The notes under the pieces are model-generated. The model saw only the letters and a program-made list of their open reading frames with translations, searched no databases and had not been told where the DNA came from. The translations under genes and the position numbers were made by a program. From an uncultured Candidatus Saccharibacteria bacterium (GTDB taxonomy: Bacteria; Patescibacteriota; Minisyncoccia; Phycocordibacterales; DATDWN01): a DNA stretch of 64,000 nucleotides. The first letter of the stretch is position 1; the number at the start of each line of letters is the position of its first letter. Below are positions 37,313 through 48,400 of this stretch, one piece after another. The stretch is from the NCBI GenBank assembly GCA_964469605.1, contig CAYXZA010000003.1:3721-67720 (forward strand), read 5' to 3'.

Positions 37313-39982
37313 ATGCCACCATTTAATCATTTCACTACCAAAGCAAAAGATGCAATAAGAAGGGCTCATGAGCTCGCAATAGAAAGAGGTCAGAACCATG
37401 TAAATGTTATGCATCTTTTAACAGCTCTTGTTGTTCAAGAAGAGAGTATGGTTATATCTATTTTAGAAAAAATGGATGTTGATACTATACTTTTAACAGA
37501 CTCACTTTTAGATAGTATGGATGGTGAAGATACTGGTCAAACTCTTTCTGCTTCTTATCAACTTTATTTAACTCCTGAACTTGCCCAGGTCATTGAACAT
37601 TCTGACCGTGTTGCAAAGGGTATGAAAGATGAATTTGTCTCAACTGAACATTTGTTTTTGGCTACACTTGATATTCCAAGTCAAGCAAGAGATATAATAT
37701 CAAAATTTAAAGTAACAAAAGATAAAGTTTTGTTTGCAATAGAAGAAATTAAAAATCAAAAAACTGATGATAAAAGTTCTGTTAAAAAATTTAAATCACT
37801 TTCTAAATACACCAGAAGTTTAACAAAACTAGCTTTGGCAAATAAACTAGATCCTGTCATTGGTCGTGATGATGAGATAGCTAGAATAATCCAAATACTT
37901 TCAAGAAGAACAAAAAATAATCCGATTTTGATAGGTGAGGCTGGTGTTGGAAAAACTGCTATTGCTGAAGGTTTGGCAATAAAAATGGCAACAGGAGATA
38001 TTCCAGAATCTCTAAAAGATAAAGAGCTTGTTTCTTTGGATTTAGGTCTTTTGATAGCTGGAACAAAATACAGAGGTGAGTTTGAAGAAAGACTTAAAAA
38101 CATACTAAAAGAAGTTGAAAAATCTGACGGCAAAATAATTTTGTTTATAGACGAAATACATACTATAGTTGGAGCTGGTGCAGCCGAGGGGTCAATGGAT
38201 GCTTCAAATATGCTTAAACCGGCACTTGCAAGAGGTGAGCTTCGTGCTATCGGAGCAACAACTCTAAGGGAGTATCAAAAACATATTGAAAAAGATCCAG
38301 CACTAACAAGAAGATTTCAACCTGTTTATGTAAACGAGCCTTCTGTTGAAGATGCCATAACTATACTTCGTGGTTTAAAAGAGAGATATGAACTATTTCA
38401 CGGTGTTAGGATCACAGATGAAGCTATTGTTTCTGCGGTTAACCTTTCTTCAAGGTATATAACAGATAGATTTTTGCCAGATAAAGCCGTTGACCTTATA
38501 GATGAAGCATCTTCTTATTTAAAAATTTCTTTGGAAAATATGCCACCTGTGCTACAAGAAACAAATTCCAAAGTTGTTAAACTTGAAATAGAAAAAGAAG
38601 CTCTTAAAAAAGAAACTGATGTAAAATCTAAAAACAGAATAAAAGAAATTGAAAAAGAAATCGCTGATCTGAAAGAAAAGACATCCGAGATTGAACTTAA
38701 ATGGAGAAATGAAAAAGAAACAGTTACTGTTATAAAAGATTTGAAAAAGAAACTTGAAGAGCTTAAAGTTGAAGCTGAAAATGCAGAGCTTAAAGTTGAT
38801 TTAGCTTTGGCTGCTCAAATAAGATACGGGCAGATACCTCTTTGTGAAAGAGATTTGGAAAATGCTATAAAAAGATTGAAAAAGTTACAAAGTGGTAGGA
38901 GGATTTTGAAAGAAGAAATAACAGAGAGTGATATTGCTGTTATAGTTTCAAAATGGACAGGTATCCCAGTTTCTAGAATGCTTGAATCTGAAGCTGATAA
39001 ATTGAGTAGAATGCAAGAAATTTTAGAAAACAGAATCATCGGACAAAAAGAGGCTGTGTTGAAAATATCTGATACTATAAAAAGATCAAGAGCTGGTATA
39101 AGTGATCCAAATAGACCTATTGGCTCTTTTCTATTTTTAGGTCCGACAGGTGTCGGAAAGACAGAATTAACAAAAGCTTTGGCAGAGTTTATGTTTAGCG
39201 ATGAAAAAGCTCTCATAAGGGTTGATATGTCTGAATTTATGGAAAAACATTCAGTTTCAAAGCTTATTGGAGCACCCGCTGGATATGTAGGTTATGATGA
39301 GGGAGGAACATTTACAGAACAAGTAAGACATCGTCCTTATGCCGTAATACTTTTTGATGAAGTTGAAAAAGCTCACCCAGAGGTTTTCAATATCTTGCTT
39401 CAAGTTTTGGATAATGGAAAATTAACAGATGCAAAAGGTAGAGTTGTTAATTTTAGAAATACTGTAATTATTTTGACTTCAAATATAGGTGCAGAACATA
39501 TAGACAAGATGGAAAAGCTCGGATTTAGTGCGGATAAGACAGCCAATGCAAATTATACAGATGCAAAAGAAAAAATAAATTCATCTCTGAAAAATTATTT
39601 TAGACCAGAGTTTATAAACAGATTAGATGAGATAGTTATATTTGATATATTGTCTCCTGATGCTATAAAAGAAATTGTTAAAATACAAATAGATATAATA
39701 ACAAACAGATTAAAGGAAAAAGATATTAAACTAAGTTTCTCAAAAGAAGTTTTAGATGTGTTGGCAAAGGACGGATATAACCCACAATATGGAGCAAGAC
39801 CACTGAAAAGGCTTATACAGACAAAAATATTAAATCCAATAGCAAATCTGATAATAGGAAAAAAAGTTTTCAAAGGTGGTGTTATAAATATAGGATATAA
39901 AAATGAAGAGTTTAACTTTGAAGTTAAAAATTCTAAAAAGATATTGGGTGATAGTTTTATTGTGTCTGGTTTATCTGTTTGA
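37313..39982 (+). CDS. clpB: Chaperone ClpB (two AAA+ modules plus a middle coiled-coil domain).
   Basis: Walker A motifs GEAGVGKTAIAEGLA and GPTGVGKTELTKALA are present. The NBD2 signature and a long coiled-coil insert are present. Confidence 0.9.
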   Translation: MPPFNHFTTKAKDAIRRAHELAIERGQNHVNVMHLLTALVVQEESMVISILEKMDVDTILLTDSLLDSMDGEDTGQTLSASYQLYLTPELAQVIEHSDRVAKGMKDEFVSTEHLFLATLDIPSQARDIISKFKVTKDKVLFAIEEIKNQKTDDKSSVKKFKSLSKYTRSLTKLALANKLDPVIGRDDEIARIIQILSRRTKNNPILIGEAGVGKTAIAEGLAIKMATGDIPESLKDKELVSLDLGLLIAGTKYRGEFEERLKNILKEVEKSDGKIILFIDEIHTIVGAGAAEGSMDASNMLKPALARGELRAIGATTLREYQKHIEKDPALTRRFQPVYVNEPSVEDAITILRGLKERYELFHGVRITDEAIVSAVNLSSRYITDRFLPDKAVDLIDEASSYLKISLENMPPVLQETNSKVVKLEIEKEALKKETDVKSKNRIKEIEKEIADLKEKTSEIELKWRNEKETVTVIKDLKKKLEELKVEAENAELKVDLALAAQIRYGQIPLCERDLENAIKRLKKLQSGRRILKEEITESDIAVIVSKWTGIPVSRMLESEADKLSRMQEILENRIIGQKEAVLKISDTIKRSRAGISDPNRPIGSFLFLGPTGVGKTELTKALAEFMFSDEKALIRVDMSEFMEKHSVSKLIGAPAGYVGYDEGGTFTEQVRHRPYAVILFDEVEKAHPEVFNILLQVLDNGKLTDAKGRVVNFRNTVIILTSNIGAEHIDKMEKLGFSADKTANANYTDAKEKINSSLKNYFRPEFINRLDEIVIFDILSPDAIKEIVKIQIDIITNRLKEKDIKLSFSKEVLDVLAKDGYNPQYGARPLKRLIQTKILNPIANLIIGKKVFKGGVINIGYKNEEFNFEVKNSKKILGDSFIVSGLSV

Positions 39983-40017
39983 TATAATATGAGTATTATT
40001 ATAAGTTTAATATATAT

Positions 40018-40311
40018 ATGAAAAGAGAAGGAGAAGGAGAAAAATTTATTAATGAATTTAATCCTAAAATTATAAAACCAGAGGGTAAAATAGAATTAAA
40101 AAACGATATAATTACTGATAAAGAAAATTATACAAAGGAAAAAGCATGTCTTTCTTGTGGTAGATTAGGTCATTCTGCAACAAATTGTCCAGAGGCAAAT
40201 ATAAAATTAAATAAAAATAAATTTGCAACTGATATAGAGTATAGATGTAGTAAATGTGGTTTACTTGGTCATTTGGATGAAAATTGTCCTACCCACACTG
40301 AAAGTTTATAG
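40018..40311 (+). CDS. Small protein with two CCHC zinc knuckles (retroviral-type CX2CX4HX4C).
   Basis: CLSCGRLGHSATNC and CSKCGLLGHLDENC are both exact CX2CX4HX4C patterns. Confidence 0.5.
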   Translation: MKREGEGEKFINEFNPKIIKPEGKIELKNDIITDKENYTKEKACLSCGRLGHSATNCPEANIKLNKNKFATDIEYRCSKCGLLGHLDENCPTHTESL

Positions 40312-40404
40312 ATTATTCTTAGATAAAAATAATAAAATTTAAAACAAATCTCGGTAAATTCCGAGATTTGTTTTGTTTTTAAAATATGATATTCTATTTG
40401 TATT

Positions 40405-40488
40405 GCGTCGGTGGCGGAGTGGTCAATCGCAGCAGACTGTAAATCTGTCGCCCATTGGGCTACGTAGGTTCAAATCCTACCCGGCGCA
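40405..40488 (+). tRNA. tRNA-Tyr (anticodon GTA) with a long variable arm.
   Basis: Acceptor gcgtcgg/ccggcgc. Anticodon loop ctgtaaa. Variable arm cgcccattgggc. T arm gtagg-ttcaaat-cctac. Confidence 0.8.
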
Positions 40489-40885
40489 CAAAAATAATTC
40501 CCGTAAGGGAATTTTTTGGTGTGCAGGGAATAAACCTCTTGGGAGAGGTTTATGTTAGGATTTGAACGACGGAGCTAAAAATTTTCAGTAGAAAATTTTG
40601 CGAGTCGGTGCCTAGCCTAAAATTTTTTGACGAAAAAATTTTAAGGCGAAGGAAAACTCCTACCCGGCGCACAAAAAGAAAACCCGAAAGGGTTTTTCTT
40701 TTTGTCGACCGGAGCAAAGCATCGCTTTGCGAGTAGGATTTGAACAGAAAAGCGGTCTACAAATTCAGCAGAATTTGTCGCTTTTCTGGCGACTAGGTTT
40801 TTTCTGAGTGGCGACGAAGAAAAAATGTAGTCAAAATTCCTACCCGGCGCACAAAAATAATTCCCGAAAGGGAATTTTTTGATTT
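40489..40885 (+). repeat. Three tandem tRNA-Tyr trailer units. Each ends in a copy of the tRNA 3' end (tcctacccggcgcaca) plus a terminator-like hairpin.
   Basis: tcctacccggcgcaca occurs at 40473-40488 (the tRNA itself), 40659-40674 and 40848-40863. Each is followed by aattcccg.aagggaatt or gaaaacccgaaagggttttc. Anti-T motif aggatttgaac occurs at 40557 and 40736. Covarying stem-loop at 40755-40782. Confidence 0.75.
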
Positions 40886-40901
40886 ACTTCAAAATATAAA
40901 T

Positions 40902-41306
40902 ATGGTAGATTTTTTTGAGATGGAAAAGAAATTAAACATCTTGTTAATTGAAGACGATCTTCATATTCGGCAAGGTCTTGAAATGTTTTTAATAAGATTA
41001 GGATACAATGTTACTTCTTTTGATAATATTAAAGATCCAAAAGATTTAATTTTAAACGATGAAGTACCTGACATCATTGTTTCTGACAATCAAGTTATTG
41101 GTGGTTACGGGTCTGATTTTTTAGCTTGGTTAAGAAGTGACGATTCTGTTCCAAAACAAGCAAAAAATATACCATTTATATTAATGAGCGGATCTGATCT
41201 TAGAGAAAGATGTAAAGGGTTTGATAAATGCTCTTTTTTACAAAAACCTTTTGTTTTTGGTAAATTAAAAGAAGTTATAGAAGAATTTTTCCCAGACTCG
41301 CAGTAG
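40902..41306 (+). CDS. Stand-alone response-regulator receiver (CheY-like) domain protein.
   Basis: NILLIEDDLHIRQGLEMFL is present. The phospho-acceptor region is PDIIVSDNQVIGG. The conserved K region is ILMSG. Confidence 0.65.
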   Translation: MVDFFEMEKKLNILLIEDDLHIRQGLEMFLIRLGYNVTSFDNIKDPKDLILNDEVPDIIVSDNQVIGGYGSDFLAWLRSDDSVPKQAKNIPFILMSGSDLRERCKGFDKCSFLQKPFVFGKLKEVIEEFFPDSQ

Positions 41307-41402
41307 GCGGGTTTTTTGTTTTAAAAATATTTGTGTATTTCTCTGTATTGTTAAAATTTTTTATGATATAATTTTATTATAAAAATTATTATTTAAGTTT
41401 TA

Positions 41403-44400
41403 TTGGTTATGATTAAAAAATTTATCTCGCTTGGTTTACTTTTTGTTTTTGTATTTATACTGTTTTCTTCTTCAAATTCTGGTGGCTTTAAACATAGACT
41501 TCAAACCGGTGCTGTGGCACTTGCAGGTCAAGATGAAAAAGTTTTGACAAAAACTTTTGATCTAAAAGGTTCTTCATCTGAAATTTCTGGTAGAACAGAT
41601 GGTTCAACTGTAACACCTGTTGTTGGTCCAACAGGAACTGTAAAGGTTAGAGGTCAGGGATCTGTAAACTTTATTCCAACAAGTTCAGGAAATGGAATCT
41701 CTTTTGAAAAAGGTAATACTCAAAATGATAACACAGCTTTTTATCTTTTTAGAGGTGCGGATATTGTAAATCTCCTAGATTATACAGAAGGTGAAATAAG
41801 TTTTACTTTAAAATCCAAGTATTCTTATAATGAAAGAATAAATCTCCCAAGTTATTATAAATATAGAACTCCATTTTCAATAGAAGATTCATCTGTTGGT
41901 TCATCTATATCTTTTTACACAGAACCAACTCAGTTTACATTTAACTTTAAAGGAACAAGTGTAAACAGAGTCTTGTCTCAAAAAGAGTTTGAAGATTATT
42001 TTGATAAAGACAAAGAGTTAAAGGTTAGATTAGTTTGGGGTGCTGGAAAATGTAGTATATATCTAAATAATAATCTATATACAAGCAAGTCTTGTGCAAC
42101 AGATAGTCAATTATCATCAAACTCTTTGATGTCAATCGGTGCTGATAAGCCTAGCTCTTATGGTGGTGGTTGGTGGGCAAATGATGACATAATGAGTGAT
42201 TTTTCTATAAGTAAATATGCATATGTGGACAGAAGAGGACCTGAGATAAGAAATGTTTCTATTGTCGAAGATTTAACTTCAGCTTCTATTTCTTGGAATA
42301 CAGATGAGGATTCAACTGGTGATGTTGATTATGGAACTCTTCTTTCTTATGGAAAATCTGTATCGTCATCTAATCCATCTAAAAATCATTCAGTATCTAT
42401 AACAGGACTTATTCCTGGAACATTTTATAATTTTATAATCAGATCAAGAGATATTTCTGGTAATATAGCCAAGACTATAAATAATACTTTTACAACTAAA
42501 AATCCTACAACAGTTGACCCTATACCACCTACTAACCCAAACCCAACAAATCCGCCAACAAATCCGGTAAATCCAACACCACTTCCTCCTATTGTAACAA
42601 ATGCTGTAAACAAAATAACTATAAAAGAAATATCTGGTCAAACTCAAACAAACAGAGTATTTTCTATTTCAAGAATATTTAAACAAGGTGATATTGCCAA
42701 TTTTCCACAAGCTAAAATCGGTGGAAATACCATAAACACTCAAGCTGATGTAAAAAACAGATGGCCAGATGGATCTGTAAAGCATGCTATGATTTCTTTC
42801 ATAACAACAGTATCAGCTAACTCATCTGTTGATGTTGAATTTGTTAACCAATCTTCTTGTAACTGTAATTCAGGTCTTTCTGCAACAGATATGCTTTCTT
42901 CAAAATACGGTTTAGATGCCTCAATGACAGTTTCTCCTGGTGGAACAGTTAGTGCGAGGGATATCATACAATCCGGTAATTTTAGATACTGGCTTTCTGG
43001 TCCAATAGTAACTCAGGTTATTGTTGAAGATAGAACACCTGCTAGATCTTTTGATCTTTCTTTTGGAAGTCAAAAATCATTTCACCCGATGTTTATAGTT
43101 TCTTTTTATCCATCAGATTCAAATGTCAAGGTTGATTTTATAGGTGAAAATGTTTGGGTTGATGGACTTAAAGATATTAAATATTCACTTACACTTAACC
43201 TAGATGGTAAAACAGTTTATTCAAAGAGGGATTTTGTCCAGTCATATGCAACAAGATGGAGACAGACTTTCTATAAAAACAAACCAACTGATATTCAAAT
43301 AGATCATAATTTAGCTTATTTAGTATCAACAAAAGCACTTCCAAACTTTGATACAAGTATAAGGATAAGTGATACTGCAATAAATGATGGGGTTAACAAA
43401 CCTTGGAATAGTCAATGTGATAGTCCTTCTTGGGTAAATGCAGTTTCAAGTGGGAAAACTGATATAGGTGGAACTGCACAGGTTTGTACTTATATACCAG
43501 CTCCTGGTGGGAGACCAGATTTGGGACTTATACCAGGATGGTATGTTAGGTATTTGTATTCTATGTCATCAAATAATCCTTTGGCATATAAATATCTTGA
43601 TATTATGAAAGGAAATGCAGATGTTTCTGGTTCAATAAGAATGAATTATAGAGAAACTAAGACTAATAAAAATTTCAGCAACAATGTTCCAGAATCAGCT
43701 TTTGGTAAAAGTTTATCTTTGGATTCTAGATTGGGATATACACTTATTGGTGGACAAGGGGATGCGGCGGAAGGTGATTCTATATATTTTGTCCCAGGAG
43801 GTGAGTTAAGTGGTAGAAATGGCTTAGAACCTGAACTTGCCCATTTACCATCACTTTCTTATGTTCCATACATAATGACAGGAGATTATTACTATCTTGA
43901 AAATCAATATATGGCAGCATCTTATGCTATAGGAACTGGTGCTGACTTTGATGCTTATAGAAAGAGAAATCCAAATACTGCTGGTATTATAGCTAGAACA
44001 GAATATAGAGGAGTTGGTTGGGGATTGAGAGAAGTAGGATTTGCTGGATTTATTGCCCCTGATAACACACCAGAAAAAGAATATTTTACAAGAATATTAA
44101 ATAGAAATATTGCTTTTTATGAAGGTTTGTATAACTTAAGAGATGGTAATTTCTTTGATTCAAGTTGCAATAATAGACAATTTAACAGACTAACAGAGAC
44201 AAATGTTTGGTGTTATGGAAATAAAATAGATACTATTTGGTTGTGGTATAACAGTGTAGGTGATGTTAGAACAGATAACCCTATGAAAATATTGGAACCT
44301 GGAAATAAAGGTTATGCTGTAACTAATCCTCCTTTTAATACAGATAAAGTTACTGCACTTGAGGCACCTTGGGGTTGGGGTTATAACTTAAATGTTTGGG

Positions 44401-45326
44401 GAATGCTCTCTGAAATGGGCTATCCGTTTAAACCTATATTAAATGACAGATTAAAGATATATTTATATCTAACAATACATCCTGATGCTGTTCCTCAACT
44501 TGTAGCCGGATATGTTATACCTACTAGAAATGGTAGTGGTAGACTTATACAAACTCCAAAAGAATTTGTAGATGCCTTTAATCCTCAAAAGATCCAAAGT
44601 ATAATAGCTGATAATTATTCAAATGCAGCTGATCCTCAATCTGGATACTCACTGATTGCAAAAGCTGCTATGAGTTACCTTCCTGGTGTAAATGAAGGAA
44701 ACCTTAGAGGTCAAGATGCTTGGAACTTTATCAAAAATGCACTTTCTAGATATGAATCAGCACTTACTTATGATCAGAGCTGGGCCATAATCCCTAGATA
44801 TGTTGATAATAATCCAGCACCTGCACCTACTCCTGTAAATAACAATAATCAAAATCCTAATTCTAATAATAATGGTAGTTCAAATCCAATATTAAACATA
44901 GTTGAAACTATAATTGCACCAATAGTAAATATAATATCTCCTATTCCAACTCCAACTTCAACACCTACACCTACACCTACTCCATCTACTGCAACTCCTA
45001 CTCCAACTATAACTGTTCCAGTTTCAAATTCAGGAAATCCTCTTTCTATAAGTTCTGTTAGAGCGGTTAAAAATAGTTCAACTGAGGTCGTCATAACTTG
45101 GAATACAAATCTAGATTCTGATTCAAATGTTGAGTATAGATATTCAGTTGGTCAAGGAAAATGGACATATAACACATCTTTTTCAACAACGAAAACTACA
45201 TCTCATAGAGTTGTATTAAAGAACCTAAGACCAAATTCAATATACTATTACAAAGTTTGGTCAAAAGATAGAAATGCAAATACAGCAAATACAGCAGAGA
45301 GAATATTTAACACAATAGAAGAGTAG
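41403..45326 (+). CDS. Very large (1307 aa) secreted or cell-surface protein with FN3-like domains and Pro/Thr-rich linkers.
   Basis: N-terminal signal/TM helix. Linkers PTTVDPIPPTNPNPTNPPTNPVNPTPLPP and PTPTSTPTPTPTPSTATPTPT are present. FN3-like segments occur near residue 270 and at the C-terminus (SISSVRAVKNSSTEVVITWNTNLDSDSNVEYRYS). No catalytic motif identified. Confidence 0.45.
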   Translation: MVMIKKFISLGLLFVFVFILFSSSNSGGFKHRLQTGAVALAGQDEKVLTKTFDLKGSSSEISGRTDGSTVTPVVGPTGTVKVRGQGSVNFIPTSSGNGISFEKGNTQNDNTAFYLFRGADIVNLLDYTEGEISFTLKSKYSYNERINLPSYYKYRTPFSIEDSSVGSSISFYTEPTQFTFNFKGTSVNRVLSQKEFEDYFDKDKELKVRLVWGAGKCSIYLNNNLYTSKSCATDSQLSSNSLMSIGADKPSSYGGGWWANDDIMSDFSISKYAYVDRRGPEIRNVSIVEDLTSASISWNTDEDSTGDVDYGTLLSYGKSVSSSNPSKNHSVSITGLIPGTFYNFIIRSRDISGNIAKTINNTFTTKNPTTVDPIPPTNPNPTNPPTNPVNPTPLPPIVTNAVNKITIKEISGQTQTNRVFSISRIFKQGDIANFPQAKIGGNTINTQADVKNRWPDGSVKHAMISFITTVSANSSVDVEFVNQSSCNCNSGLSATDMLSSKYGLDASMTVSPGGTVSARDIIQSGNFRYWLSGPIVTQVIVEDRTPARSFDLSFGSQKSFHPMFIVSFYPSDSNVKVDFIGENVWVDGLKDIKYSLTLNLDGKTVYSKRDFVQSYATRWRQTFYKNKPTDIQIDHNLAYLVSTKALPNFDTSIRISDTAINDGVNKPWNSQCDSPSWVNAVSSGKTDIGGTAQVCTYIPAPGGRPDLGLIPGWYVRYLYSMSSNNPLAYKYLDIMKGNADVSGSIRMNYRETKTNKNFSNNVPESAFGKSLSLDSRLGYTLIGGQGDAAEGDSIYFVPGGELSGRNGLEPELAHLPSLSYVPYIMTGDYYYLENQYMAASYAIGTGADFDAYRKRNPNTAGIIARTEYRGVGWGLREVGFAGFIAPDNTPEKEYFTRILNRNIAFYEGLYNLRDGNFFDSSCNNRQFNRLTETNVWCYGNKIDTIWLWYNSVGDVRTDNPMKILEPGNKGYAVTNPPFNTDKVTALEAPWGWGYNLNVWGMLSEMGYPFKPILNDRLKIYLYLTIHPDAVPQLVAGYVIPTRNGSGRLIQTPKEFVDAFNPQKIQSIIADNYSNAADPQSGYSLIAKAAMSYLPGVNEGNLRGQDAWNFIKNALSRYESALTYDQSWAIIPRYVDNNPAPAPTPVNNNNQNPNSNNNGSSNPILNIVETIIAPIVNIISPIPTPTSTPTPTPTPSTATPTPTITVPVSNSGNPLSISSVRAVKNSSTEVVITWNTNLDSDSNVEYRYSVGQGKWTYNTSFSTTKTTSHRVVLKNLRPNSIYYYKVWSKDRNANTANTAERIFNTIEE

Positions 45327-45345
45327 TAACTAAAAGTTGAGAACA

Positions 45346-45376
45346 AAAACAGACTGGCTAAAACCAGTCTGTTTTT
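45346..45376 (+). terminator. Rho-independent terminator after the 1307-aa gene.
   Basis: aaaaacagactggctaaaaccagtctgttttt. Confidence 0.55.
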
Positions 45377-45387
45377 CTTTTATATTT

Positions 45388-45447
45388 TTATTCGAGAAAT
45401 ACCTCGCAGCTTTGCTGCGAGGATCAGGCGAGGTGACTGCTTTTATT
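45388..45447. repeat. GC-rich structured repeat family, copy B (internally deleted, ~60 bp).
   Basis: ttattcgagaaatacctcgcagctttgctgcgaggatcaggcgaggtgactgcttttatt keeps both ends of the ~150-bp family. The 3' end, ttttatt, supplies the TAA stop of dnaE on the minus strand. Confidence 0.7.
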
Positions 45448-48400
45448 CTAATATTTTTATTTTATCAACAAGTATATTTTTATTTCCATTTTTTTCAGAG
45501 ATCTTACCTTTAACCACTACACAAGTATCTTTGTTTATAAAATCTTTAAACTCCAAACATACTTTTGGAAAAAGTATTAGTTCAATGGAATCACTTATAT
45601 CTGAAAGTTTAACAAAATACATTTTGTCTCCTTTTTTTGTCTCTATTTCTTTTATTTCTTCTATTATTCCACCAACTATAACTTCTTTGTTATTTTTGGA
45701 AACTTCTTTTACTTTTTTAATATCAAGATCTCTTTTACCTAATCTTTCCTTAAATTGATCTAGTGGGTGGCCTGAAAGATAGAGTCCTAGAAGTTCTTTC
45801 TCCCAAAGCAGTTCATTTGCGGTATTGTATTTTTCACTTTTTTTGATATCAAGTTTTAAATTATTTCCAAAGTCACTAAAAAGAGAGTTTTGGTTTTCTT
45901 CTGGTTTTGATTGTCTTGAAAATTCAAGCATTTTTTCCAAATTATCAAGCAAGTCGTGTCTTTTAAAATCTATTGATATTGAATCTAGTGCACCAGATTT
46001 TATGAGTGCTTCAAGAGATTTTTTATTTAGATTTCTATCATTTATTCTTGAAAGAAAATCTTCTAATGATTTAAAATTTCCAGATTTTTTTCTTTCTTCT
46101 ATTATCATATGAGATATATTCTCTCCAAAATTTTTTATAGTAGTTAACCCAAATCTTATTGTTTCTTTTTCAGCATCTTTGACTACTGTAAAATCTGAAT
46201 ATGATTGGTTTATGTCTGGTGGTAGTATAAGTATTCCCATTCTCTTACATTCAGCAACTGATATTGCTACTTTATCTACATCTCCATCGTGGTGTGTTAA
46301 AACAGATGCCATATATTCGGCAGGGAAGTTGGCTTTAAGATATGCTGTCTGATAGGCAACTCTTCCATAAGAAACTGAGTGAGCTTTGTTAAAACCGTAT
46401 GCGGCAAAAGGTTCTATCCAAGTCCAAAGCTGTGCAGCTTTTTTCTCTGGCCAATTTGAATACTGCACACAACCTTTTATAAACTTTTCTTTTTGCATAG
46501 CCATTTCTTCAGGAATCTTTTTTCCAACAGCTTTTCTAAATTTATCTACTTCACCCCAAGAGTATCCGGCTAGTTTGTGAGCCATCATAAGTAGATCATC
46601 TTGATAAACCAAAATACCATAAGTTTTTTTAAGTATTGGTTCTAATGCTTGATCTAAATAGGAGATCTTTTGAGGGTTATGTTTTCTCTCAATGTAGTCT
46701 GGTATAAACTGAATAGGGCCTGGTCTGTATAAAGCCACCATAGCATTTATATCGTGTATTGTTGTTGGTTTTAGTTCAACTAAAAACCTTGTCATACCAT
46801 CTCCATTTAACTGAAATAAATCTTCGGTTTCTCCTTTTGCGAGTATTTTAAAAGTTTTTTTATCATCGATTGGTATATCATCTTGTTTTAGATTAACTCC
46901 TTTTGTCTTTGAAATTAAAGTTATTGTATCTGCAATAATAGAGAGGTTTGAAAGTCCAAGAAAGTCAAACTTTAACAAACCAGCTTCTTCTATACTATAC
47001 ATATCATATTGAGTTATTATTTTTCCTTCACCTTTTGGATCGTATTGTAAGGCAGTATAATCAGTTATTTCAGTGGGAGATATAACAACTCCGGCAGCAT
47101 GAATACCCATATGTCTTGCACACCCTTCTATTTTCATTGCCATATCTATTATTATCTTTACATCTTTTTCTTTTTTATATAAATCTTTCAATTCTTCTGT
47201 TTCTTCAAGAGCTCTTTCTATTGTCATTGGAAATCCTTGAGAACCCATTGGTATAAGTTTTGCTATCATATCACCGAGGGAGTATGGAAAACCAAGTGCT
47301 CTTGCTGTATCACGAACAGATCCTCTTGCTGCCATTGTTCCAAATGTTCCTATTTGGGCAACTTTATCAGATCCATATTTTCTTTTTGCATATTCAACCA
47401 TTTCGTCTCTTCTATCGTCAGCATAATCCATATCAATATCTGGTGCTGATGGTCTGTCAGGGTTTAAGAATCTTTCAAACGGTATTTCATATTCAATAGG
47501 GTTGATTTTTGTAATACCAGATAAATATGTTGTTAGTGATCCAGAAACTGATCCTCTGATATTTGTTAGTATCCCATTTTCATCAGCATATTTTAGTAGA
47601 TCAGCAACAACTAGAAAGTATGGTGAATAACCTTTGTTTTTTATAACTTCAAGTTCGTAGTCCAGTCTTTTTAAAATTTCTTCTGTCTTTTCTATGTTTC
47701 TTTTATCAAGCCCTTCGTATGCTATTTTTTTCAACTCTTCATCTGCACTAAGGCCACTTTCTATTTTAAATGCTGGAAAAACCCATTTTCCAAGTTCTAT
47801 TTCAATGTTACATTTATCTGATATTTCTTTGTTATTTAGTATTAAATTTTCTTGATCTTTAAAACTATTTAAAATCTCACTTTTTTTCCTGAAAGACAAA
47901 TCATATTCCTCGTCATCTTCTCTTATTTCTCCATTTGATTGTATTGAAAGTAGTGTTTTCCAAGCCTTCCTGTCATCTTTTTCAAGATAATAAACTTCTT
48001 GACTCGCAAATGCTTTAATATTGTTCTTATTTGCAAAATCAATCACAGCATCTGCTTTTTCAATTAGATTTTTTATTTCACTGTGTTTACTTATTTCTAT
48101 ATAAAAATCATCTCCAAATAATCTTTTATAGAAATCAGCTTTTATTCCAGCTTTTTCGTAATCTTTTATTTCAATAGCTTTTGATATGTCACTGTTTAGA
48201 AAAGGGGCTATACAAATAAGACCTTCTTTGTATTTTTCCAAAGTACCACTGTCTATTCTCGGTTTATAATAAAAACCCTCAAGGTGTGATACGGTAACGA
48301 GTTTAATAAGATTTTTATAACCAGTATAATCTTTTGCAATTAAAAGTAGTCTCTCTCTTGGTTTGTCTATACTACCATCTTTATCTTTCATTTCTCTAGG

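Noticed and set aside
40489-40885. Possible CRISPR array. Three direct repeats with a hairpin at regular ~185-bp spacing.
   Set aside because: The repeats are copies of the tRNA-Tyr 3' end plus a terminator hairpin. The unit length is far above CRISPR repeat-plus-spacer size. The repeat stems vary by compensatory changes. No cas genes are present.
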